This document shows, piece by piece, positions 26,101 to 37,211 of a stretch of 64,000 nucleotides of DNA. The notes beneath the pieces were generated by a model that was not told the DNA's origin, made no database searches, and saw nothing but the letters and a program-made list of their open reading frames with translations. Position 1 is the first letter of the stretch. Each line of letters opens with the position of its first letter. This DNA comes from Geosiphon pyriformis uo1 (Eukaryota > Fungi > Glomeromycota): NCBI GenBank assembly GCA_016748015.1, contig JAAOMT010000659.1, forward strand, positions 62,001 to 126,000, read 5' to 3'. Both the position numbers and the translations under genes were made by a program.

Positions 26101-28826
26101 TTGTAATTGATTAGGCAGGACTTGTATTCATCACTAGGGGAATACAAAAGTTTATTGCACCAGCACTTAGCATAAGGGCTATACCATCAATAACTATATT
26201 TTGCTTTCTTGCCAGGTTTTCTATTAAAGGTTTTTCTGAGAATATTATAATAGGGCCAGCAAATCAGCTTGCCATTTACCATAATTTCTTCTTTGTTAGC
26301 TTTAATTGTCCAGTGGCTTGCCATTGCTAGTAAAGATAGTATAAGTGAGTTCAGCAGTTTTTTCTTGCTCTTCTTGATCTTTATTATCATTGCTCTCATT
26401 ATCATCTGATTTATCTAATTGTTCTTTTTCTCGGTTCTGTTTGGTTACTGGAAGAGTTGTTCAATGATGGCATTTAACCACAATGGATTTTTTATCACAT
26501 CTGATTGTTAGCTCACAAAGTTTATAGTCAAGTAGTTCTTTGGCTTTCTTAAGCCACTCATTACCAACAATAATAGTATATTTTTTTGCTTTAGATACTT
26601 CCATGTCTGTTTCAATACTGATACCATTGATATGAACAGGAATAGCTTTGGCTATACCCAGACCTTTTTTTTTGTTACCATGTACATTGGTCATTGGCTG
26701 GATAGAAGGTTCATCAATTTTTCTTCTAATGGCTTCCAGAAAGTATTTGGCAATTACACTAACAGATGATCTACTGTTTAAGATTAAATCAATGAAATAG
26801 CCAGCCACTTGGGCTTTACAAATTAGAAGAGTAACATTGCTGTTGTTAACAAGTCCAACTTGACAAGAACACTTGTTGGTTTTTGGTGTCTTCTTTTTTG
26901 GTATTAAGGATTTGTAAAGATCTTTTCTGAACTGTAGATGAGTCATTAGTTGGCCAAATGTAATGTGAGCTGGGGTTTCCATAAGATCTTTAACAACAGA
27001 ATAGGGTCCAGATTTTTGTACAATTTCTGAGGGTTCTAACTTTAGAAGATTTTTAAAAACTTTAGCCTTTAGCAGCTTATTGTTATCAGCAGTTGATGTG
27101 GAGGCTTTTTTTGGATCTAAAATGAAATCAATCTTGGCTTTCTTCTTTTTTCTTGTTGATTCAAAAGTGTTGATTGCTAATTTATCTATGTCATGTTCAT
27201 CATTAGTTAAGTTAAAAGCATAAAAAGAGTTTTTTTCTGGTTGGCTTGTACTCTCACTCTTTGGAAATGTCCTTATTAGTTTAAAGGCTGATAAACAGTG
27301 GCTTCAACTAGGAGATTCTTTTCAAAAAAATTGATGTTGGCATAATTGGGTCTTTGGGTGAAGACATTGTTGTTAATGGTTCTGTTGTTTTGATTGTCAT
27401 TGTTTCTAGGAACTAGAGAAGGCAGGGGAAGATTGTTGCAATTTCTGGAGAAATGTTCAGTTAATCCACAACAATAATACACAGATGGGCCATGATTTTG
27501 TTGTTTTTGATAAGAGAGTTGTTGGGGCTGATTGAAGTGGGATTCAAATCTGGGTCTTTGGGATTGTTGATTTTCTCTAATTGCTTGAGCCAAAGATTCT
27601 AATAGCCAGACAAGATTTGCTGTAAACCTATCTATTAATTGTTCATTTGGATTTTGAGTTTGAGCAGTAAAAGAGATAGCAGCTATTTGTGGAACAGAAG
27701 CCATAATAAGAGCAAAAGCAAAAACTGGAAAAGTGAATTCCAAATGCATTTTTTGGTTATCTTTTATTCTTTGGGCAAATTCAATGGTCATATCCATTAT
27801 GAGATTGTTTTTCAAGACCAGAAGAGGCCAAAAAGTATATGATAGATTAGTTCTCAGTCCTTTTATAAAGGAATGTATTTTCTGCTCTTCTGTTTAATTT
27901 CTTCCAGAGTCTACCCATTTAATAAGTTTTTTTATTGCTTTGGCATATTCTGTCACAACCTCACCAGAGTTTTGAGTTCTTCTTTCTAATTCCATATGTC
28001 ATTTAGATATTAAGATAGGAGTTCTAAATTTTATTTCAAACTGAGTAGTAAAAGAGGTGTTGTCTTTTCCAGCATTTGCTGATGCCCATTTAATGATTCT
28101 TTGCTAAACATTGACATTTGTTTTTTGTAAGAACCAAGTAGCAAAAGAGCCTTAAAGATAGCCACCAACAATTTGGAACTTGTATTCATTATCATATTGG
28201 TTGGTTGTGACTGTTTTTTTAAAGTCATCTAACCATTCAATTGGATCTTGTGCATTACCTCTAAACAAGAGTAATAGAGTGTTGTTTCTTCTTTCCAAAG
28301 CAGTTTGTATGCCTTGGAGAGCAATCAGAATGTTCTGTTGTATAGAATCATTAGCCATTAGTTCAGAAGTTACTGTTTGAGTAGAATGATCTGATTTACT
28401 TGAAAAAAAATCAAAAACAGGAGCAGTTTGATAGCTTTCTTTTTCTGTTTCAAAGGGGGTTTCAGATAGCTGATGGGCAGCAATTCAAATGTGAATTTGA
28501 TGATTCAGGTATTCAGAATCAGGAGACTGTTGTTCAAAAGTTGTGGAATATAAAAGCTGATTGATATTGTTGTTTCTTTCTTCAAAGTTGTCTTCAAAAT
28601 AAGCTTGGTTAAAGTAATAGGTTGTGTAAACTGTATAGATTTCAGCTGAATGCTTGTTCAGGAACTAATTCCAAAAGTCTTGGAATTGTCTGCTAGATTG
28701 TTTTTCAATAAGAAAGCAAATCAAGCAGGAATGCAAAGAATTAAGTTTAATAAAGTCTAGATTATTTTTGTTATGTGCTTCAAAGTGTTCTTCTGATTGT
28801 TGTGGCAGGTATGAATAATTACCCAT

Positions 28827-31816
28827 TGTTACAGGTGATTATTTCTGTTGTTAAATTAAATAACAAATCTGTAACTTGGTGCTCAAAAGCTACTTCCGTT
28901 GATGATGTTCTGAAAGTGTTGTATCTGAAGGTTTTGATAGAGTTCTTTGTATAATGAACAGAGATTCACTAGTGTCAATAATAGATGTATCTTTCCAAGA
29001 CTTTTCCCAATTTTTTTCTCAGTGTGGTGGCTGGATTTAGTTTGGCAGTTGTGCCTTTTTAGTAAGCTATCCAATAATATATAAAATTCTACCCTTATTT
29101 CTGGGTCTTTTACCAGGCTATCCTTGACATCAATAACTCAATGCTTAATTTTTTAATCAATTAGTATACAACAATAAAATCACAAAAAGAAAGAAAATAA
29201 AATAAAGAAAATAAAAAATAAAAAAAATAGAGAAAATAAGCCAAGACAATTTGGTATGTTAGTATCTCATCAATAGCCGTGATTAAAAGCTATTGTTCTA
29301 GCGTGGTTAAGTATCAATTACTATTAACATGAAGTGTTGATAGTAGAGAGTGGGTTAAGATAGGAAATAATTATTTATTTAATGATTGGGAACTGGAATG
29401 TTGCTTAGATTAAATCTAAACTGAGAGGTTTAAACTAAAAGAGTTTTTTTTTTTTTTTTGTATTTTAATAATTATGATTTGTGAGTCTAATTGATTCTAT
29501 GAATCTAATTGACTCTGCAAATTAATTAACTCTGAGTCTCATTGACTAATTTTCTAACTTCTGATACTACTACTATATATACGTATTTGAGATTCCTCAA
29601 TTCTTCATGTCAGGAATTCTGGAATTCCTAAAATCTTGCAATTCCTTTAAGAGAAATTCTGAAATTCTGAAATCCTACAATTTCTTATACAAGAATCCTG
29701 AAATTCCTGGAATTTTGTAATTCCTCTGAGAGAAATTCTGGAATTCCATATTTACTACATCTACCTCTGATTGGCTAATTTATATGTTAATATACTTCCT
29801 ATATTCTATGAGTAACATTATTCCCTCCTTTAATATTGAGCTCCTGCGAAATTTTCTAAATCTCTCTTTTGTATCAATGTTGTTGCTGTAATTTTTATTG
29901 CTATTTGTAAATCTAATTTTATATGTGACTGGAGTTTTTAACTATAGTGATCTGTCCAGAATATCCATGTTCAAATCTTGCATCTGTATTATGTGCATGT
30001 TCAGACATAATGTCCTCATTATTATCACTGAATTGAATTAATTCCTGCTCCATTGTAAGATCTAGAAGTGTGATATATTGTTTAGTGTTTGAAGTGGAGT
30101 TTGAATCATTGTTGTTATTGTCAGCAGAGTTTAAATTGTCGTCATCGTCATCAGCAGAGTTTGAATCGGGATTAAGTTCTGATTCCAATTCTCGCTAATT
30201 GGCTCATCTTCCTCAGAGTTCAAATATATGATGCATGGAAGTGGATTGTGACTTGGGACCATCAGGTGAGTTTTGATGATTTGTTGATTGATTTTGGTAC
30301 TGCTGATTCTCAAATTCTTTTTTCTTCTCTAAGTCTTTTTCATATTGACACTTTTCCCAATGCTGACTTTTGGCATAGAAGAAGGCAGTTTTTGCACAGG
30401 TAAGTATGAATCTGGGTAGTTTTTTTTCTGGAATTCTTCCAACGGGTCTTTAAATAATCAGAGTTTTGAATTTCTAGAGGTTTGATGGGTTTTATCTGAG
30501 GTAAGTTTCTTTCTACATGAGCAGGATTGGAATTTTATCAGGTTTTGAATGTTCAGGTTTTGAACTATTGGGTCTTAAAGAATTGGAGTTTTAACAAGTT
30601 TTATCGGAGGTAAGTTTCTTTATATGATAGCAGGATTGGGATTATCGGGTTTCAAATAATTTTTGGAGTTTTTAATTTAACAAGTTTATCGAAGGTAATA
30701 GTAAAATAAGAATTTCATGAATCTTAAGTGATTTTTCCTTGTTTTCTCTTGGTCTGCCACTTTTGAATAGTTGTTAGTGCTGGTTCTCTGTAGAATTATA
30801 CTTCACAGAAAGTACCAAATGTTACAGGTGATTATTTCTGTTGTTGAATTAAATAACAAATCTGTAACTTGGTGCTCAAAAGCTACTTCCATTGATGATG
30901 TTTTGAAAGTGTTGTATCTGAAGGTTTTGATAGAGTTCTTTGTATAATGGACAAAGATTCACTAGTGTTGATAATAGATGTATCTTTCCAAGAGTTTTCC
31001 CAATTTTTTTCTCAGCGTGATGGGCGGATTTAGTCTGACAGTCATGCCCTTCTAGTAAGCTATCTGATAATATATAAAATCCTACCCTTATTTCTGGGTC
31101 TTTTACCAGGCTATCCTTGACATCAATAACTTAGCACTTAATCTTTTAATCAATTAGTATACAACAATAAAATCACAGAAAGAAAGAAAATAAAATAAAG
31201 AAAATAAAAAATAAAGAAAATAGAGAAAATAAGCCAAGGCAATTTGGTACATTAGTATTTCATCAATAGCCATGATTAAGAGCTATTGTTTCAGTGTGGT
31301 TAAGTATCAATTACTATCAACATAAAGTGTTGATAGTGGAGAGTGGGTTGAGATAGGAAATAATTATTTATTTGATGATTGGGAACTGGAATGTTGCTTA
31401 GATTAAATCTAAACTGAGAGGTTTAAACTAAAAGAGTTTGTTTTTTTTTTGTATTTTAATAATTATGATTTGTGAATCTAATTGATTCTATGAGTCTAAT
31501 TGACTCTGCGAATCAATTAACTCTAAGTCTCATTGACTAATTTTCTAACTTCTGATACTACTACTATATATACGTATTTGAGATTCCTCAATTCCTCAAT
31601 TCTTTATGTCAGAAATTCTGGAATTCCTGGAATCCTGCAATTCCTTTGAGAAGAATTCTGGAATTCTGGAATCCTGCAATTCTTTATACAAGAATCCTGA
31701 AATTCCTAGAATCTTGTAATTCCTCTGAGAGGAATCCTGAAATTCCACATTTACTATGTCTACCTTTGATTGGCTAATTTATATGCTAATATACTTCCTA
31801 TATTCTATGAGTAACA
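28827..31816 (-). mobile_element. Non-autonomous LTR element (two ~990-bp A2-type LTRs, ~1 kb internal mosaic)
   Basis: LTRs 28827-29817 and 30820-31816; TSD CCAT/TCAT; PBS 30801-30817; PPT 29818-29832; internal region contains only scraps of pol. Confidence 0.93.
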
Positions 31817-32404
31817 TCATACAATAGAAAACAAGATGGATTTTGACAATCTCACAGAGAGCACTACTTTTATGTTATGGGTTGGAGTAACAAGCTAATA
31901 GATAGCAAGGGAGAACAGGATTGTAGAGTAATAAAAGTAATTAAAAGGAATTCAACTTTAAAGAGCAAATTGAATAAATATAGATTCAATATGCGAGATC
32001 AGTCTCATAAAATATCTCAATTGCTATACTTTTCAAAAATAACCAAAGAATCTGAAGGTAGAGGGATAGTTCATACTGTCAACAAATAATCATGCTTGGT
32101 ATAATTCTATGCCTTACGTTGGTGCTCTTAGAATTCAATATCAGGTATTAAATGTATTTTTTAGTCATGTTTTATTCAATAATCTTCAAATGCTACAATT
32201 ATACATTTTAGGAAAAGGGTAAGGAATAACCAACAAGTAATTTTTTATCTCAAGATGTTCAGATACTTAAAGATAGGGAAAGAGAAATTAGTGATAAGAG
32301 AATAATTGAGATAAAAGTTGTTATTTTATTTATTTTCTTTCTTTGATTCTTACATATATTTCTATAGCTAAAAAATTTATTGCTTATATAGCTGTCAAAA
32401 GTGG

Positions 32405-32522
32405 TCAATGATCAAGTCAATGACTAGGTCAATAATCAAGTTAATGATCAAGTCATTGATCAAATCAATAATTAAGTCAATGATCAAATCAACAGTCAGA
32501 TTATTAATCAAGTCAATAATCA
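32405..32522. repeat. 12-bp AATGATCARGTC tandem array in U3 of LTR B
   Basis: About 10 units here, ~5 at 22405-22460, ~7 at 2043-2130 and ~2-3 near 18890-18915. Confidence 0.85.
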
Positions 32523-34565
32523 CTTTCTAAAAATAAAGTGGCTAATTTATGTGACATCAATGGCTAATACATGTGATAATTAATAAGAAGTATAAGTTTC
32601 AACCATAACAGTATTGTTAGAAAGATTTGATTTTGGTGTTACAACTTTACTTTTAGAAAGTACAGTTTGTTGAAAATTTGATTCTTCAAGCATTGTGAAA
32701 TAGCTGGGTTGAGTGTGGTAGTAATTGGATCTTTACTGACCAGAATTTTAAAAAACCAACTGGTTGTTTGAGTTGATTCTGTTGTTATTATTCTGGAATT
32801 AATTTTGAGGTGTAAATTGGTTTTGTTGAACCAATTTTTAGGCTGGTATTTGATATTGTTGTGTAGATGGTTATTAATACTATTGAATTGGTAGAGATTG
32901 TTGATATTGCTATTATAGAACAGGCTAATAGTAATTGTTTTGCTGTTGGAATCTTAAAGAATAGTAGACTGGTAGTGAAGACTGATAATGAGATTGCTGT
33001 ATTAAAGAATAATATTAATTACTTTTGTTTTGTTGGTCTCTTTATAGTTTTTTGCAGTTTCATTTTCAATGTCTTGAAATTCCACAATAATAACAACTTT
33101 AGTTTTGGCTGTTTGATGATAATGAATAATTGTTTTAATTGTATTGTTGGGATGACTAATATCTTTGTGATTGTTGCTGTTATTGTTGGTTGGTAAAATA
33201 ATTTTCAACTTTTTTTGTGAGTTGGTCAATTTTTTTTTCAGCTATTGAACTGGTTTTTTCAATAGTAAGATTTACAAGTTTGGTATGATTTGTTTCTTTT
33301 ATTGTCATTTTATAGTTTTTTGCATGTGTGGTAATTGTTGTTAAGTTTGTTAGGACATGTGAACAAACTTTCTTGATTAGTTTATCTTTTAATTCTGCAA
33401 TAAATTGATTCAAAATCTGGGTATTGGAATAGTAGTCATTGGTTTTCAGTTGTTAAATTTGTCTAAAAAGTTTATTAAATCTTCCAAAATAGATCATGAC
33501 AGTTTTAGATGTTTCTTGTTTGATATTGCAAAAACAATTTCAAAAAGTGATAAAGGTGTTGTTGTCAGTAAATTGTTATAAGAAAGCATCTTTGAATGTT
33601 TGCTAGTTTTCAAATAATTCTTCTAAGTTTTCAAATCATTCTTTTGCAGTTCTTTGAAGAAAGTATAAGATTGCTTTAAGCATTTTTACAGCACTCTATC
33701 TGTTTGTATCTTCTGCTTTCTGGACTTTGTTAAGTTATTTTTAAGAGCTGGTATTATTATTTTTATCAGTAAATTCTGGAATCTTTGCAATATAAGCAGT
33801 TGCCATTTCTTTTTTGTTTTCTGTAGTTTCTTTTTGTTCTGATTCAGTTTCTTCACTTTCCAAGTTCTCTGAATGATTACTCTTGTTTTTTTGTAAGTAA
33901 TCAAAAAGATTTGTACTGGTTGATATTGGTTTTTGCTGTTGAATAAGACTTTTAGGTGATTAAAAATCTTTTGGTCTTGAAAAACGGATAAATGGTGAAT
34001 TTGGTGTTTGTGGTTAAGCAAATAAAATTGGAAATGGTGTAATAGAAAGTGGTAATTTAATACTGGTTCCTTGTTTAGGTGTTTGTAAATATTTGGCAAT
34101 TGTTTTTGGTGTTCTTGGAGTGTTTAAAATAGTTTTTGAGTGTTGTTTCAATTTTTGTTTGTTTTTGTTTGTTTCTGTTTCAGATTTAAAGTCAAGAGAG
34201 TATTTAGACTATACTAGATATATTTTTTCACAATACTAAATAATATTAAAATTAAGTTCTTGAAAGTAAGTGCCAAGTGTTTCACTATTAAAGTCTTCAG
34301 TTTTTAATTGTAAATAGTGCAATAAATTATTGTAGAAGTTGTTTTTAACTTCTGAAATGTTGTAATTTCCAAAAAAATAATTGTTAATATAGTTTTTAAT
34401 GTATTGATATAGTGATATCTTGAAAATTTTAATTCTGTCTTGGATGTTAAATTTTTGCTTGTAATAAGTGTAAATTAACTGATAATACTCTAGAATTGTT
34501 GTATATAGTGTGGTCACCATTTTGAATTTGTTGTTGCTGTATTATTTTCATAGGAGAGCACTTAA

Positions 34566-35526
34566 TATTACTGAAGATTTTTGGTTTCTTTTCTTGAATG
34601 TTATTAATGTTTGTCTGTTGCTAATTTTATGTTTTCTGGAAGCAGTTGAACTCCCAATAACTGAATTTATTTTCAAATTATCTTTTATAATTTTAATTGC
34701 TGAGCTTATATATAAAATGGCCAATTCTATACCAGTTACTTTGTGTAATTACATTGTAGTAAATGTCAACTTTTTCTTAAGAATTACTTGTCTGGAAGCT
34801 TACTAAAAATGTGTAGTTACTTTGCTGTAAAAGTTAACCCTTCTACAGAAATTTTGTCTGTAGGCTACCCTAATGATTATAATAAAAATAAAATAAAAAT
34901 AAAAAAATATAAAAGAAATAGAATCCTAACAAAGAAAATGTTTTTTATTCAGGCCTGGAATCATTAACAGGTTACTAAAATTGGTAGCTAATCAATTTCA
35001 AAATTTTAGTTGTGTTGAGGGAATTTCAAGTGTAATGATCAAAAAATTTGGTTTTTCAAATATTTAATTTTTATTTAAAATATGTAAAAAGTGATTTGTT
35101 CTAATTAAGATATCTAAAGTAAGATACTATGATAAGATACTATGGAAAGATATATTTTCTTGAAGAGAAAAGCTTTTTTTTTATACAACTTGTTGTAATA
35201 CTAGTCTTTGAACTTGCACTTTTTTCTTTGCTTTAATTTTGGTAAACTAAAGATAAATTTTGGTGAATTACAAGTTATTTCTACAAACTATTGATTATTT
35301 CGGCCAATTTTCATCAATTTCGGCGAATTTTGACTATATTAAATGGTTCAGGGTATTGTGTAATTTGATCATCTTAATTTCTATAGTACAAATCGGGAAT
35401 AATGATATTTGATAATTTGGTTAAATAATAAGTAATAATTGAAATAATAATAATAAATGCTAATTAATAATAGGAATTATGAGGATAATTTCATGCTAAT
35501 TAATAGCTAAAATTCTACAAGTAACA
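34566..35526 (-). repeat. LTR type C (5' LTR)
   Basis: T(A)TTACTG..GTAACA ends; homologous along its length to solo LTR 58822-59793. Confidence 0.85.
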
Positions 35527-35661
35527 ATGACTATAAATGGTTTGCACCATACAAGCCGAATAACCGCTCACATGATATTTTTTATTTCATAATATATTAA
35601 TGACGTAATAATATTTTTTGACCCTGGTCGTTATATCATATAAAATCACGTTAACTTTTGC

Positions 35662-36817
35662 ATGGCAAAAGTGATCGGCGTAATCATGACTTCTCACGAC
35701 GAACTCGACCAATTAAAAATCTTTTTACAAAACGAACCCTTAAATAAAATTACTGTTGCTAGAGCCTTTCATGAACTATGGAAGTGTAAAGATGTACAAA
35801 CGGAAGAAAGTGATTCTAACTGTCTTTTGGAGGTCTTTAAAGAGTTGACTGCAGAAACTCTAAATAGTGATAGAAAGGAATACTTCACTTCCTTACAAGA
35901 TATAGACAAGGTACATGTAATTCACTAATATATGTTGTTTTTATAGATATGAGGATAATATAAATTGAACCACTCGTTAGTCGGTTAATCATTTGCGGGA
36001 AGTTTCAGCTTTTGTATTACTGGATATGAAGAAGATCTGTAAGCGGTGGTGACTGGCCATAAGCCATTTGCGAGAAGTTTCAGCTTTATATTACAGTATA
36101 CAAAGGAAGATCTGTAAGCGGTGGTGACTGGCCATAAGCCATTTGCGAGAAGTTTCAGCTTTTGTATTACTGGATATGAAGAAGATCTGTAAGCGGTGGT
36201 GACTGGTCATAAGCCATTTGCGAGAAGTTTCAGCTTTATATTACAGTATACAAAGGAAGATCTGTAAGCGGTGGTGACTGGCCATAAGCCATTTGCGAGA
36301 AGTTTCAGCTTTTGTATTACTGGATATGAAGAAGATCTGTAAGCGGTGGTGACTGGCCATAAGCCATTTGCGAGAAGTTTCAGCNNNNNNNNNNNNNNNN
36401 NNNNATACTAAATTGTATAACATATTTGGAACTTGTTTATACAGGGTGAGAAATGTGGCATAAGGAAGTTAAGAAAAGGTGCTCTGATAGAGAGTGTGTG
36501 TGTAAATTACGTTACGAAAAGAAACGAAATTCAAACCCGGTGCAAATTCGTCATTGCACCTTCAGAAACGACAAGGCACGAGAACTGGGTTGAGGGCGAA
36601 GACGACAGAGCACAAATAGCAACAAATATAACAGACACTCTTCTGCAAGAAATTAAGAGGAATGTTCTTCATAAAATTTCCAAAGCTTCAGAGAATGCTC
36701 TCGTAGACGTTGTGGCACGTCTTATGGAGGCGTCTATATATCAAATGCCAATTGGCTTGGATATCGAAGTAACAAAAAATGATCGTCAAAGTGATGCCAG
36801 CAAAAAACGAAAAAATC
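35662..36817 (+). CDS. Hypothetical multi-exon gene inside the TIR element (partial, gapped)
   Basis: ATG 35662, open to donor AAG|GTACAT at 35911; candidate acceptors TAG 35946/35980; a second open segment ~36443-36817 ends DRQSDASKKRK at an N gap. Composition is coding-like. Confidence 0.55.
35990..36384 (+). repeat. 75-bp tandem array with alternating A/B variants (150-bp higher-order unit)
   Basis: CATTTGCG at 35990, 36065, 36140, 36215, 36290 and 36365; ~54 constant nt plus a 21-nt segment alternating between two versions; ends at an N gap. Confidence 0.95.
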
Positions 36818-37211
36818 NNNNNNNNNNNNNNNNNNNNNNNNNNNNNNNNNNNNNNNNNNNNNNNNNNNNNNNNNNNNNNNNNNNNNNNNNNCTCCGAAGA
36901 AGATTCTACTATCAGAACCCCATAAAAATAGAATTTTAATGCGAATCTTTTTTAGGATATTTTTTATTTGTACCAGTTGTTTCGGCAACATTTTTACTGT
37001 GTAAATAAAACAATGACACATATTTAATGATTTGAAGTATTAAAGGGACGTATGGTGCAAACCATTTATAATCATCAAAAATGTAGATCAGTTCGAAATT
37101 TTAAATGATGATTTTCACGTGTTTTTATTTATATAATTAAATTTTATTGGTTAATATACATGTGTTTTTAATATATTTATAATAAAAAATAATATAAAAC
37201 CAAATACAGTA

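Larger units (their letters stand above)
21872..32610 (-). mobile_element. Full-length Ty3/Gypsy element family B, copy B1 (with nested 28827-31816)
   Basis: LTRs 21872-22549 and 31873-32610; TSD GTAT/GTAT; PBS 31850-31866; gag ~27200-28826; protease ~26480-26830; RT ~25100-25850 (YLDD); RNase H ~24610-25010; integrase ~23280-24330; PPT ~22550-22567. No dUTPase. Confidence 0.95.
19003..35526 (-). mobile_element. Ty3/Gypsy element family C, interrupted by B1 and lacking RT/RNase H
   Basis: 5' LTR 34566-35526, degenerate PBS ~34545-34563, gag 32611-34520, protease ~21370-21720, Cys-rich region ~20560-21110, dUTPase ~20030-20420, deletion junction ~19648 into the integrase C-terminus (19060-19648). 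The joined flanks at 21871/32611 match the uninterrupted copy near 62330-62440. Confidence 0.85.
35532..37070. mobile_element. Small terminal-inverted-repeat (TIR) element carrying a non-transposase gene
   Basis: TATAAATGGTTTGCACCATAC at 35532-35552 and its perfect reverse complement at 37050-37070 (this includes the probable TA or TATA target site). The interior retains many CpGs, unlike the flanks. Confidence 0.8.

Noticed and set aside
28827-31816. Retrozyme (hammerhead-bearing non-autonomous LTR element)
   Set aside because: No CUGANGA/GAAA core with flanking helices found by eye; an Infernal search on the restored consensus would settle it.
32119-32129. PBS-complement in LTR B
   Set aside because: Other B copies read TCAGCACTC/TTAACACTC, implying ancestral TCGGCGCTC; the match is likely a CpG-decay accident.
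35990-36384. CRISPR-like repeat/spacer array
   Set aside because: Only two alternating, mutually related inserts, no cas genes, eukaryotic context.
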